From: Candidatus Latescibacterota bacterium
Lineage (GTDB): Bacteria; Latescibacterota; UBA2968; GCA-2709665
Length of the DNA: 64,000 nucleotides
Direction: 5' to 3'
Assembly: GCA_965208835.1 (NCBI GenBank)
Contig: OZ242358.1
Span: 3,264,001 to 3,328,000 of the forward strand
Position numbers and translations under genes: made by a program. Below are positions 1 to 10,197 of this stretch, in pieces (position 1 is the first letter of the stretch; each line of letters begins with the position of its first letter). Under the pieces are notes generated by a model. That model made no database searches and was not told the origin of the DNA. It worked only from the letters and a program-made list of their open reading frames with translations.

Positions 1-216
1 GCAGACGCCGATTCCCGTGAGGGATACGTCATGGACGTATGACGCGCTGACGACGTCCGGACCGATATCCACCATCAGGTCGTCGTTGACGACGATGGAC
101 GACCGCCTTCTGAGGTTCTTTCCGCCCGCCCGCCTCGCGCCGGTACAGGCCTCGCACACGCAGAACGGGCTGGGCACCGAAGGCGCGGCCGATGTTCCGA
201 GAAACATGACTTGCAT
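1..216 (-). CDS. MBL-fold metallo-hydrolase, PhnP-like (partial, runs off the window start)
   Basis: Manual translation from ATG at 216: MQVMFLGTSAAPSVPSPFCVCEAC...RRRSSIVVNDDLMVDIGPD, which matches the LGT-x-P-CxCxxC and DxGPD pattern of PhnP-like proteins. Confidence 0.75.
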   Translation of the reverse strand, partial: MQVMFLGTSAAPSVPSPFCVCEACTGARRAGGKNLRRRSSIVVNDDLMVDIGPDVVSASYVHDVSLTGIGVC

Positions 217-252
217 TGCCTTACCGGTCTCCGATGAAGTGCGCCGCAGAGC

Positions 253-1155
253 TCACTTCAGGTGCTCCGTCCGCAGTTCCCGCGACCACTCGAAGTAATC
301 GTACAGCCTTACCAGTTCGAATTCATCGACGACGTCGGCCGCGGATCGCTCCGGGGTCTCGCTATAGATCACCGAGGTGCCCACCTCCCCCGTGATGACG
401 ATGCGCACGGCTTCGCCGTACTTTCGCTTGATATCGTCGAACCTTGCCCGATTCTTGTCGAGATGCACCACCTCAAAATCCAGATTGATGCGGGCGGATG
501 CCCAGCTTCTGTAGTTATTGCTCGTGTCCAGGGTGGTCCCCTGGGGATCGATGACGGTGCAGGGCGTCCCCCTGTAGACCGAGCCGACGAAGTAGGCCTG
601 CACGTCCAGCGCCCAGAAGTTTTGCACCAGGCCGCCGTGGTACATGGAACTGAAGAGTAGCAGTTTCGGCTTGAGCTTTTTGTACTGCGCCCGCAATTCG
701 CCAAAGTTCAGGTCGAAACAGATCACCCCGCCCACGGGACCGAATTCCGTGCGGATCAGCGTCGCTCCGGGACCTGGACGCGTGCCGTGATCGAATTCCG
801 GGTACACCGGAATGTACTTGCGGTAGATGCCGGCCAGTTCCCCCTGCCGGTCGAGCAACCCGAGGACGTTGAAGACGGCCTCGCTCTTGGGTTCTTTCTG
901 ATGCACCGGCACAGTGATGTAGCAGTTGTATTCCCGCGCCAGGCCAGCCAAAAGCTGTGTCGTCGGTCCTTCCGGCACCTCTTCGTCGCAGGTGCGGCAA
1001 ATGGTCTCCGGCAGGACGATCAGATCGGGCGTAGTGGCGCGCGCGACCTGTCCCACCAGGTCTTTCAGGTCCTTATGGGTCTGCGCCATCACCTTCTCAT
1101 CATCACCGCTGATCGGGGCGTACGAAATGCTGGAAACGACGATGTAATTGCTCAT
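253..1155 (-). CDS. Carbon-nitrogen hydrolase (nitrilase family)
   Basis: E-K-C triad motifs LIVLPET, YRKYIP and ICFD. AAGGA RBS precedes ATG 1155. Confidence 0.85.
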   Translation of the reverse strand: MSNYIVVSSISYAPISGDDEKVMAQTHKDLKDLVGQVARATTPDLIVLPETICRTCDEEVPEGPTTQLLAGLAREYNCYITVPVHQKEPKSEAVFNVLGLLDRQGELAGIYRKYIPVYPEFDHGTRPGPGATLIRTEFGPVGGVICFDLNFGELRAQYKKLKPKLLLFSSMYHGGLVQNFWALDVQAYFVGSVYRGTPCTVIDPQGTTLDTSNNYRSWASARINLDFEVVHLDKNRARFDDIKRKYGEAVRIVITGEVGTSVIYSETPERSAADVVDEFELVRLYDYFEWSRELRTEHLK

Positions 1156-1243
1156 GGATTCTTCCTTTCGTGAGACGATATGTGTGCCTTGAATTCCGTA
1201 GTCCATCATCCTGGATCGTCATCGATCCGTACCGGGAAAAGCC

Positions 1244-1612
1244 TCAAGAACGCTTCTCTGGACCGTCACCCGCGCCGACCCAGACCCGATTCCCGTCGGG
1301 ATCACGCACTCTGAATTCCGTCATGTCGTAGAAAGTTACGCCGATGGGGTCGGGGTCGAATCCGGCGGCAATCAAGCGATCACGTATCGATTGAATTTCG
1401 GACGCATAGTAGTAAACGACAGTTGCGGCGTTCGACTCCGTTCGGATCGATCGGTCAATCATCACCTGGCAACCATGTTCACCTTCGAGTATGGCGTGGC
1501 CCCAATCATCCCTGCGGCGGACGATCTTCAGACCCAGCCCTTGCGAATAGAAGGCAATCGCTTGATCCAGATCGGTTATCGGAACCATCGAAGTAATGCG
1601 ATGTATACTCAC
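1244..1612 (-). CDS. VOC/glyoxalase family protein
   Basis: AIAFYSQGLGL and EFRVRDPDGNRV motifs. Confidence 0.85.
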   Translation of the reverse strand: MSIHRITSMVPITDLDQAIAFYSQGLGLKIVRRRDDWGHAILEGEHGCQVMIDRSIRTESNAATVVYYYASEIQSIRDRLIAAGFDPDPIGVTFYDMTEFRVRDPDGNRVWVGAGDGPEKRS

Positions 1613-1632
1613 AGTTTTCGCCTCTCTGCTGA

Positions 1633-2154
1633 TTACTTCAAGGTGGTCAGGCCATGCCTTAAGCGGATCTGTCGCCCGTCATCCCGGACGCCGCCATCGC
1701 GGCGCCACCCAAAGGCCTCGTAGAAGGCAATTCCGCGCACGTAACCTTCCACGGTCCAAACGATCGCCTCGTTGTACCCGTCCGCAGCCAGATGCCGCAG
1801 TGCGACGGACATTAATGCCGTGCCGATTCCTGTGCGCCAGTGCGACGGATCGACAGCGATCGTATCGAGTTCACCGAGGCGTTCATCGACCGGGTCCCGG
1901 CTGGGTCCGATGCCGGCGACCCCTGCAGTTGTACCCGAATGTTCAGCGACCCACCAGCGATTTGGGACGGGTTGATCCAGATCACGCCGCCACCTGTCCG
2001 TAAGGGCAGGTGTTACGGTTCTGTCGGCCCGCGATAGCAACGCGCCGAATCCAACGTTCCAGGAATCGACGTAAATGCGCGCGACAGTCTCGGCGTCAGC
2101 AGAGGTGGCGGGTCGGATCGTCGGTGGTATTATTCCTTTCGCGTGTTGTTTCAT
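1633..2154 (-). CDS. GNAT N-acetyltransferase
   Basis: VDPSHWRTGIGTAL acetyl-CoA motif A and AFYEAFGW. Confidence 0.85.
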   Translation of the reverse strand: MKQHAKGIIPPTIRPATSADAETVARIYVDSWNVGFGALLSRADRTVTPALTDRWRRDLDQPVPNRWWVAEHSGTTAGVAGIGPSRDPVDERLGELDTIAVDPSHWRTGIGTALMSVALRHLAADGYNEAIVWTVEGYVRGIAFYEAFGWRRDGGVRDDGRQIRLRHGLTTLK

Positions 2155-2225
2155 CTGACGGCTTCCGTCACGAGCTCGTTGTCATGCGAAAGATAAGCAA
2201 TCAGCTGATACGAGGTGATCAGAGA

Positions 2226-2747
2226 TCAGGTCTGATAGGAATAGACAACGTCAGCGTCCGTGAGAGCTGTGGATAGCTCGGGCACCGAGTCGACCGGGAT
2301 AAGCTGAATGCTCCATCGGTGCAAGATTTCGGGCATTGCATATACTTCCGATCCGATTGCTTCGACCGGTTCTCTGGAGATGTATTCGTTGCTGGGCGTC
2401 TTCGTGAAATGGCGGTCTTCGAAGATATAGACGTTGGCCTCAAATTCCACTATCCGCGTCTCATCCTCACGATTCACGAAGATGCAACACCTTCTGGCCG
2501 GATCTGTCTCGAATCCCAGGATGGAAAGCTCTCCCCTGGATTCTTCAGAGTTCCTGACTCTTATTCTATGAATTTTCGGAAACAGGTGAATTGAAATCTC
2601 TTCAAGGTCGCCGGCGTAGAGCAGGCAGTCCGGGATATAGCCTGGCTTGGAACGTCTGCTGCTGCTCCGAAAATCCTCGGTCCGGTAGAATCTCGTTGGC
2701 TCGAACAACAAACTCTCGCGCGGAGCAGATACCTTGTATAGATGCAT
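2226..2747 (-). CDS. Hypothetical protein (weakly DUF6886-like)
   Basis: 173-aa ORF co-oriented with its neighbours. NEYISREPV motif. Confidence 0.55.
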   Translation of the reverse strand: MHLYKVSAPRESLLFEPTRFYRTEDFRSSSRRSKPGYIPDCLLYAGDLEEISIHLFPKIHRIRVRNSEESRGELSILGFETDPARRCCIFVNREDETRIVEFEANVYIFEDRHFTKTPSNEYISREPVEAIGSEVYAMPEILHRWSIQLIPVDSVPELSTALTDADVVYSYQT

Positions 2748-3054
2748 TGTATCGACACCTGCCTTGCAGCGGAATCACGCTTCAGACGATCTGTTTCGCC
2801 AGTAGAAATACGACGATATATTCCAATTTTTCATAGATCTGGTGGGTTTGGAATTCAGCGTGTGGTCCTATTCACGATAAATCTCATAGTGAAAAGAGGA
2901 CAACCGTAAAATTGGCCACATAAAGCACAAAAGGCACAGAAGGTATCGGTGCGATGCGGCTTGTGTCGTAACGCCAATGCTGCCCAGGACAAAGTGACCG
3001 GCGGAACAAAAAACCGCACACCCGCGGGAGGCCATCAGGTAGTTGCGATTGCCT

Positions 3055-3275
3055 TTCCCCGGAGCGAGGGCATCCCTGCCCTCGACGGCGAACAGGAAGG
3101 ATCTATGCGCCGCCATCCCAGATGTGGTGTTGGATCGAAGGGGAGCAATCGGCCCTTGATGTGGAGATTCGTCGGTTGCTCGAAGTTCGAGGGCAGGGAT
3201 GCCCTCGCTCCGGTTTTTGGTGGATCATATCGTGATAAAGTGCAGGTCGCCCTCGGTCGCAGGGCGCTCGCGCCC
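3055..3275. repeat. REPIN-like element: inverted pair of GAGGGCAGG(G)ATGCCCTCGCTCC palindromes
   Basis: Arms at about 3061-3084 and 3189-3211. Colinear homolog at 60950-61169 and a fragment at about 33108-33152. Confidence 0.75.
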
Positions 3276-3765
3276 AATGTGGCGACCTGGCGGTTCTACC
3301 AGGTTTTGGGGCCGCAAATACGGCGTGGATTCCATGTCCGATATGAAATATACGCCATTCGTAATCGCGTCACGCGTTAAATCCATTTAGCGATATCAAT
3401 ATCGGGACAACGTGAATCCAAAGCACAAAGGCAAGGATCTTGTCGTTGACATTGAATCCCGTGAATATGTCATCAATCACTGCAATCCAAGGTAATTTGA
3501 TAAAGACGATTTTGGCCAGGTGTGAGCAAACATGTCGTTCAGCAGGCGAGACCCGCGTTCGGGACCCGTGATTCTCGCATCTACCGTCCTACGGGAGTCT
3601 ATGCCGTCAGTCTCAGGATCGGTCAGAGGAATGAACGACCCTTAAATCTATTCCAATCAGGAATAGATGCCGGCGGCGTCAGATGAATCCTGAATCGGTC
3701 CATCATCGAGCCGACGCAACCCCGGTGTGCATGCTGAAATTGTCGTATAAGGTACATGTCCGATG

Positions 3766-4491
3766 TCAGTTTTGTAATGTCGATCGATGAAAGTACCAAA
3801 TGTTCGGTTCACGGTATGTGCCCAGATTCTCTTCCTGGTCGATCGTGATTGGCGCCAGACCGTCTGGAATGCAGTAGGATCCCGACGTTGAGAATCGCAT
3901 TCCCGTCCATTTCTCCCAGTCCTGGTTCGATGCAGTCACCGTAAGCGATTTGTGCATGAAACCCAGTCTTTCGCCACCCATTTCCTCGTGGACACGCAAC
4001 CACGGATCCAGCAGACGACCTTTGTCATCCCGGCGTTCGGCATACGCTTCGATTGAAGCTTCCGCGAACTCGTGTTTCCGATTCGGCCTTACGGGGGCCA
4101 GGAAGCCCCGCAATCCCTTCGCTGTCGACAGAGATCGCATTTCGGAAAGGATCTTTCGACTAATTCCCCTTCTGCGATACATCGGCCGCACGAGAACGCC
4201 CAGAGCACTGAGTACACCTGCAGTCTTTACCGGCCAACGGGCCGAATAGACCATCTCGTCGATCGTCGAAGGCAAGGGATCGCCTGGCACCCATTCAAAC
4301 GGTACGGTCAAGCCCGCAGCCACCAGGGCACTGTGTTCGAGAACGAGGATCTGAAAGCCCTGAAACTTCGTGTAAATGGAAGACCAGTTCCGAATATCCG
4401 CGCGCAACAGAAACTCGGGCCACGTGGAATCATTGAGTTCTTTCAAGGCGCCAGACATTTCGGGCATTCGGTCAAGTGTGACCAGATCCAT
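3766..4491 (-). CDS. GNAT-fold acyltransferase
   Basis: VRPMYRRRGISRKIL, APVRP and LLDPWLRVHEEMGG motifs. Confidence 0.8.
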   Translation of the reverse strand: MDLVTLDRMPEMSGALKELNDSTWPEFLLRADIRNWSSIYTKFQGFQILVLEHSALVAAGLTVPFEWVPGDPLPSTIDEMVYSARWPVKTAGVLSALGVLVRPMYRRRGISRKILSEMRSLSTAKGLRGFLAPVRPNRKHEFAEASIEAYAERRDDKGRLLDPWLRVHEEMGGERLGFMHKSLTVTASNQDWEKWTGMRFSTSGSYCIPDGLAPITIDQEENLGTYREPNIWYFHRSTLQN

Positions 4492-4576
4492 CTACTTGAT
4501 CCAATTGGAAAGGAAGGTAGCGACGGCGCGGGTTCATGCGCTGATGTGCACGGGTGAAAGTTCAACGCTGATGTTC

Positions 4577-5041
4577 TTACGTATCCATCAATTCCATTCG
4601 GACGAATTCGAACTCCCCGCCATTCGTCCGGTTCATATAATGTTCGACCTCCCTGAAACCAATTCGTTGATAAACCTTGATCGCGCGCGTGTTGAATGCC
4701 GCAACGTGAAGCTGGATGGTCTTCGGCGAGAATCGAGACTGCGCGAAGTCCAGGCCTGCGCGCACGAAATCTGACCCTGAGCCCTTCCCCGTCAGGTCCG
4801 GACGAAGTCCCAGACCGTAATCCACCGCGCCACCCGTGATCTGGAACGCGAAAAACCCGATCAATTCGCCTGCGCCGTCCCGAACGCCGAACATCGAGTC
4901 GCCGCGAAGCGCGGGATCCAGAAGCTCCGCCAGATCGTCGGCATCCGCCTCGGCATCGTAGAATGCATACTCGCCATCGTAATGCCAGGTGGCAATTGTC
5001 TCGGCGTCCGATTGAGTCAGTGGTTCTATGTGGAACTGCAC
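4577..5041 (-). CDS. GNAT acetyltransferase (RimJ/RimL-like)
   Basis: GLGLRPDLTGKGSG and FNTRAIKVYQRIGF. GGAG RBS precedes GTG 5041. Confidence 0.85.
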   Translation of the reverse strand: MQFHIEPLTQSDAETIATWHYDGEYAFYDAEADADDLAELLDPALRGDSMFGVRDGAGELIGFFAFQITGGAVDYGLGLRPDLTGKGSGSDFVRAGLDFAQSRFSPKTIQLHVAAFNTRAIKVYQRIGFREVEHYMNRTNGGEFEFVRMELMDT

Positions 5042-5073
5042 CGGATGTACTCCATTGATCTTCGATCTGGCGT

Positions 5074-5544
5074 TCAGTCCGTTGTCGCCTGCCGACGGCG
5101 CAGACGCTCCAGGCTCTCCCGAGACCACACTTCGTTCCTGTCGTATCCCTTTTCAAATTGTGGAACATCCGCCGGCAACTTGAGCCAGGCATGCTTGTCC
5201 ACCGTCCAGATGTGTGCGCCGATCTCAAGCATCCTGATGTCATCCAGCGTTCTCGAGTTTAGAAGCGCCGTTTCAGGGTGATTCGTGGCAGTCCTGTAAA
5301 TGACATCACCGCAGGACTTGCAGATGAATTCCGTTCGTTGCGTCGATATCTTCCTGAACGAAACGTCGCCCTGATTGATCACGATGTCGCTTTCCAGGAC
5401 GATGGTTGTAATCCGGAAGGCGGAACCGGACGCTTTCTGGCAATCGAGGCAGTGACATGCGTGTACGAAAAGGGGCGGGTACCGGAGCCCGTATCGGACC
5501 TCTCCGCAACCGCAGCCGCCTGAGAACCGGGAGCACTTATTCAT
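5074..5544 (-). CDS. GFA family (CENP-V/GFA) zinc protein
   Basis: GGCGCG, HACHCLDCQK and FICKSCG motifs. Confidence 0.9.
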   Translation of the reverse strand: MNKCSRFSGGCGCGEVRYGLRYPPLFVHACHCLDCQKASGSAFRITTIVLESDIVINQGDVSFRKISTQRTEFICKSCGDVIYRTATNHPETALLNSRTLDDIRMLEIGAHIWTVDKHAWLKLPADVPQFEKGYDRNEVWSRESLERLRRRQATTD

Positions 5545-6505
5545 CGATTTCTCCAACCGCCTTGCCGAATTGGACGTCGGTTGAGCTCGCATTGAAATAG
5601 CTCCTCAACCGGGAAAATGCTTCGCTTTTGTATTCATTGGGGAAACTGTGCCCGCATTTCTGTACGGCAAGATACAGATGATCGGACAAACCCTTTGGTT
5701 CGTAGAACTCCCTTCTGGCCTCGTCGAAATATCCACTAATCTGCTCGATCATCTCGGGGGTCTTGTCCAGAGATTGCAGCACCGTCATCAGATAGCGCGG
5801 CGCAATTGGCAGAAGGTTCTTCTTTGTGACCCGCCCCGTTACAAGCCCCGCCTTGACGCGCGGATCGCGAGCCATCGTACTGGCAGCCTGCGCCGAACCC
5901 ATGGAGTGACCGATCACGCCAATGCGTTCAGAATCCACAAAGTCCAGTGCTGAAAGAACATCGACCGCGCGCATTCCATCGTACGCGTGTTTGAACCAGA
6001 AAGGCCGGCCCAGTGGCTCGTTCAAAATCTGATGACAGTGCTTGTTCTCATAGGGATGCCTGATTTCAGGAATATTACGCTCGCCGCAATTTATCGCATC
6101 AGGCGCCAGAACGACAAACCCTTGAATAACAAGCTCATAGCCATAGGCCTGATCGGGGCGTTGGACGGCCTTCCCGACAACGGCATCTTTTGCAATAATG
6201 CAATCGGTGTTGCACTGATGAAAGGCAACCATTGCCGGGTAAGGTGGTGAGAATCGCTCATCTTTGGGGACCAGAAGGTATGCCGGGATGCTTCTTCCCG
6301 ACAACTGAGGCATCGTTTCTTCGGTCTCAACGCGATAATCTATCTTCCATTCTTCGTAAACGTGATCACGATCGGACCTATAGTGCTTGTCCAGAACCTG
6401 AACGTCGAGCGGAGGAGGAACAGGATATTCAGCCACTTCCTCCTCAATTTGCCTTATGAAGTGTTCACGTTCCTGTCTGATGGACATGATCATGAATTCG
6501 CTCAA
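5537..6505 (-). CDS. Alpha/beta hydrolase (dienelactone hydrolase-like)
   Basis: GHSMG nucleophile elbow, GFVVLAPD and C-terminal GHSF. Confidence 0.8.
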   Translation of the reverse strand: MSEFMIMSIRQEREHFIRQIEEEVAEYPVPPPLDVQVLDKHYRSDRDHVYEEWKIDYRVETEETMPQLSGRSIPAYLLVPKDERFSPPYPAMVAFHQCNTDCIIAKDAVVGKAVQRPDQAYGYELVIQGFVVLAPDAINCGERNIPEIRHPYENKHCHQILNEPLGRPFWFKHAYDGMRAVDVLSALDFVDSERIGVIGHSMGSAQAASTMARDPRVKAGLVTGRVTKKNLLPIAPRYLMTVLQSLDKTPEMIEQISGYFDEARREFYEPKGLSDHLYLAVQKCGHSFPNEYKSEAFSRLRSYFNASSTDVQFGKAVGEIDE

Positions 6506-6521
6506 TCACAATGGGTCGGGA

Positions 6522-7949
6522 TCAACGTTCGTTCCGGGTACAGGGGTCGATGCCTGCGGCAAACTCCCGCAGCACGTCCACCGCCATTTGCACGTCTTCT
6601 CTACGACAGTCGAACTGCCCCACCTGGAAGCGAATGACGAACCGTCCCTCATGGATCGTATGCGTCAGGTAGATCCGGCCGTCGTCATTCACCGCGCGGA
6701 GCAGTCGTACGGTGGCGTCATTGGCATCTTCGCCGTCCGGCGCGTACTGGAACGTGAAGAGCGAAAGGCGGCAGTCCGTCGTCAGTCGAAATCCGTCCAG
6801 CGATGCGATCGCCGCGGCGGCCTCCTCGGACCACGCGATATGGTCCCGGATGCGCTGGCGGAGGTCTTCAAGCCCGTGGGCGCGCAACAGGAACCAGAGC
6901 TTGAGCGCCCGGAAACGACGCCCCAGCGGAATGGTCCACTCACTGTAATTGGTGATTTCCGACTGACCGAGCGTTTCGAGGTATTCAGGGCGGATCCCCA
7001 GGGTGCGGACCTGGGGTTCCGGGTCGGCGAGAAACTGGATTGAGCAGTCGAACTGCGCGCCGAGCCATTTATGGGGATTGAAGACGATGCTGTCAGCCTT
7101 CTCGACGCCCTCCCACAATCCTCGCAACTCGGGGCAGATCATCGCGGAACCGGCCCACGCGGCATCCACGTGAACGTAGAGACCGAACTCGCGAGCGACT
7201 TCGATGGCCGGGCGCAAGCGGTCGGACGCGCCGACCGACGTGCCGCCGACACAGAGGACGACACCGGCGGGCAGGAATCCCGCCTCGAGGTCGTCAGCGA
7301 TCGCCGTACGGAGCGCCGAGGGGTCGAGCGCGCCGGATCCGTCGGTCGTGACTTTGACCAGGTTCCGCTGGCCGATCCCCGCGACCCGGATGGATTTGTC
7401 GATTGACGAATGGGTCTCCGGCGAGGCATAGAACCTGAGCTGTTTCTCACCCGTTATTCCGGAGTCGATCCCCCGCCAGTTCAGCGCGCGTTCGCGCATC
7501 GTCAGAACGGCGCAGAGATTGGCCGCCGTCGCGGTATCCTGGATGACGCCCTGGAACCCTTTCGGGAGCCCGAGCGCCTGGCGCATCCAGTCCACCATCC
7601 GCGTCTCGATTTCCGTGGCCGCGGGCGAGGTCTGCCAGAGCATGCACTGGGCCGCCATAACCGCCGTCAGATTCTCGGCAATCATCGAAGCCGGTGCGGC
7701 GCTGGCAGGGAAATAAGCGAAAAAGCGAGGGTGCTGCCAGTGCGTCATCCCGCCGGGCACGATGCGCTCGAAGTCGCCGAAGATCGTCTCCAGGTCTTCC
7801 GGAAATTCGGGCGGCGCCTCGGGCAGCATCGCGGCGATTTCGCCCGGCGAAGTCTGTGCTCGAACGGGCCGATCCTCGAGCGTATCCAGGTACTCAGCGC
7901 CCCACCGCGCCGCACGCTCCGCCCATTGATAATAGTCTTCTCTCTTCAT
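6522..7949 (-). CDS. PLP-dependent group II (aromatic-L-amino-acid-type) decarboxylase
   Basis: THWQHPRFFAYFP, HVDAAWAG, FNPHKW (PLP lysine) and LGRRFRALKLWF. Confidence 0.92.
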   Translation of the reverse strand: MKREDYYQWAERAARWGAEYLDTLEDRPVRAQTSPGEIAAMLPEAPPEFPEDLETIFGDFERIVPGGMTHWQHPRFFAYFPASAAPASMIAENLTAVMAAQCMLWQTSPAATEIETRMVDWMRQALGLPKGFQGVIQDTATAANLCAVLTMRERALNWRGIDSGITGEKQLRFYASPETHSSIDKSIRVAGIGQRNLVKVTTDGSGALDPSALRTAIADDLEAGFLPAGVVLCVGGTSVGASDRLRPAIEVAREFGLYVHVDAAWAGSAMICPELRGLWEGVEKADSIVFNPHKWLGAQFDCSIQFLADPEPQVRTLGIRPEYLETLGQSEITNYSEWTIPLGRRFRALKLWFLLRAHGLEDLRQRIRDHIAWSEEAAAAIASLDGFRLTTDCRLSLFTFQYAPDGEDANDATVRLLRAVNDDGRIYLTHTIHEGRFVIRFQVGQFDCRREDVQMAVDVLREFAAGIDPCTRNER

Positions 7950-8026
7950 AGCTCTCAATATAACACAATCGCTTCAAAACAACGATTATTCGTAGTTCCA
8001 ACTGCAAAATCTGACTCAGACCTTGA

Positions 8027-8380
8027 CAGTAAGACTTCAACGAAAATGCGTACATGTTTAATCATGCTGCTTGCATACGGAATGGTGTTGGAATCCCCCC
8101 ACCGCATCAGCCGTCGCCGACCCTTCGACACGCTCAGGGCAGGTTCAGGGACTGGCACTGGGCAGGCTATAGGCCTCCCAACTGCGGTTTAGTGAACCAA
8201 ATAACGCGTGGTCATTGAGCTTGTCGAAATGCCCGCTATTCAACTGCCCTTCGACCCTTCGCCGGGCCCTTCGACAAGCTCAGGGACCGGAGACTTGCTT
8301 CAACAAGCGTTGTGCAAGCAAGGCAAGTTCTCAGGGGACGGCTCGGCTTCTGCGACTCCCCCTCAAGGGGGGAGTGATTG
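8027..8380. repeat. Composite MITE/REP-like element, copy 1 of 3
   Basis: Shares AATCCCCCCACCGnATCAGCCGTCGCCG and GACTCCCCCTCAAGGGGGGAGTGATT with the copies at 31988-32145 and 39889-40223. Confidence 0.8.
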
Positions 8381-8599
8381 GTCCATCAAGCCGGCGCGAG
8401 CGTTCCCGGCCATCGATTTGGTTTCGGCTAAGCAATGCGACGCCACACCAGGGCATAACGCTTGAAACAGCGACCGCGTTTATGTAGCTTGATACCAGAC
8501 CGGTTTCGCTTTTTCTGATGTGGCCCGGGGGAAGATGTTCGCCTTTCGCGGTCGTCCACATAATGGCACGGTCGTCACCTGATTCGGTTTCTGTTTTAA

Positions 8600-8631
8600 G
8601 CTGATTGCTGACGGCTGATAGCTGACAGCTA
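8600..8631. repeat. 7-bp tandem repeat (GCTGANN)n
   Basis: gctgatt gctgacg gctgata gctgaca gcta. Confidence 0.75.
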
Positions 8632-8668
8632 ATCACTTCGTGCCACATTCTATCGATTGGACCATTCC

Positions 8669-9943
8669 ATGGACACGCTTCCGTTACCCGCCCGTCCCAA
8701 TCATGCAGATTACTTGAAGCTGGCGGAGGAACTCGTCGAGGCCGCCCGGTCGGAGAATGCCAACGCCTTACAGGAGTGGTGCGGCGGGTGGCTCGAGTCG
8801 ATCGTCCGAAGCTCCGGACCGGACCTGACGGACTTTGTGCGGGGAAGTTGGGAACGGGCGATAGGCGAAGTCGAAAAAGGCGCCCGCGAGACGTCGGAGA
8901 CGGCCAAGGAAGGTGGCGCCGGGTTTGAACTGGCCGATGCGCTGGCTCTTGTTGCGCATGCCCACAGCTTTGGGGATTGGGATGCTTTCGCCAGGTTTGT
9001 CGACGAGGACACGCGTCAGACGCCGGAGGGGGCCGAGTTCGAGGTCGCGGCCGACGCCGTGGTCGACGGGGACCTCGCCAGGCTCAAGGCGCTCCTGCGG
9101 CGCAATCCGGCTTTAGCCCACGCCAGATCGGCGCGCATTCACCACACGACGCTGCTGTATTACCTCGCCGCCAACGGCATCGAGGACTTTCGCCAGCGGT
9201 CGCCCGCCAATGCGCCCGAAATCGCGCGGCTATTGCTGGATGCCGGCGCGGAGGTGGACGCCCTGTGCGGGCTGGGCAATTCGGATGACACGCCGATGTT
9301 GGCGCTCGTAACCAGCGTACATCCGCACTATATGGGTGTGGCGACCGACCTGATTGAGATATTCGTGGAGGCGGGTTCGAAAGTGGATGGCCTCAACGGG
9401 GACGGGGCGCCGGTACGTCTTGCCCTAAAATTCGGATATCCCGAATCGGCAGCGGCACTGGTGCGCCTGGGGGCGGAGGTAAAAACTGTCGCGATGGCCG
9501 CGGGACTGGGCCGGTTGGATCTGACGAAGGAATTCGTCGAGGAACGCGGCGCATCCGAGGCGGATCTGGCGGCCGCGTTTGAAGATGCCTGCCGGTTCGG
9601 CCGGACGGATATTGCCGAATACCTGCTGGCAAACGGCGTCGACGTGGACGGTCAGGGCACGTGGAATATGACGGGCCTGATGTGGGCTGCTTCCCAGGGA
9701 CATCTCGACACCATGGCCCTGATCCTCGATCGCGGCCCATCGCTCGAATTGCGGAACGAGTTCGGTGGCACCGCATTGGGCACGACCCTGCATTTCGCGA
9801 TTAACTCGCCGGGACCCGGGGCTGACTATCCGGCCGTGATCGACATGCTGCTGAACGCTGGATTGAAGTTCGAGGGAACCAGGAAGGGAACGGGGCTAGA
9901 CGATATCGACGCCGTGCTTCGCAGACACGGCAAGGTCGATTAG
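8669..9943 (+). CDS. Ankyrin repeat protein
   Basis: Ankyrin motifs LLLDAGAEVD, YLLANGVDVD, TGLMWAASQGH and TALGTTL. Confidence 0.88.
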   Translation: MDTLPLPARPNHADYLKLAEELVEAARSENANALQEWCGGWLESIVRSSGPDLTDFVRGSWERAIGEVEKGARETSETAKEGGAGFELADALALVAHAHSFGDWDAFARFVDEDTRQTPEGAEFEVAADAVVDGDLARLKALLRRNPALAHARSARIHHTTLLYYLAANGIEDFRQRSPANAPEIARLLLDAGAEVDALCGLGNSDDTPMLALVTSVHPHYMGVATDLIEIFVEAGSKVDGLNGDGAPVRLALKFGYPESAAALVRLGAEVKTVAMAAGLGRLDLTKEFVEERGASEADLAAAFEDACRFGRTDIAEYLLANGVDVDGQGTWNMTGLMWAASQGHLDTMALILDRGPSLELRNEFGGTALGTTLHFAINSPGPGADYPAVIDMLLNAGLKFEGTRKGTGLDDIDAVLRRHGKVD

Positions 9944-9981
9944 AGCGGTAATCGTCTCAGCGGCAAAACAGGAAGGAAATC

Positions 9982-10012
9982 AAGGCGCTGCCATCACGGC
10001 TGCGCCTTTTTT
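9982..10012 (+). terminator. Rho-independent terminator after the ankyrin gene
   Basis: AAGGCGCtGCC-atcac-GGCtGCGCCTT hairpin ending in a T6 run. Confidence 0.75.
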
Positions 10013-10030
10013 ACATTGCGAACGATTTGC

Positions 10031-10059
10031 TTGACAACACGCACGTAATACTTTATGCT
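10031..10059 (+). promoter_or_regulatory. Sigma70-type promoter for the ATPase/helicase operon
   Basis: TTGACA-N17-TATGCT. Confidence 0.75.
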
Positions 10060-10197
10060 GAATGAAACAGCCACCACGGGGCAACTTCGGCTACATTCAT
10101 CACATAGGAACAGGAACATGCTCCCGTGACGGCCGTGTTCGCACCGTCATTAATCACTCCGCTGATTCGTCAGATCTTCCGAAAACAGGAAAAATAC

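Noticed and set aside
8669-9943. Inferring a host-associated (e.g. sponge symbiont) lifestyle from the ankyrin proteins
   Set aside because: Two ankyrin genes are not diagnostic, and the window has no phylogenetic marker.
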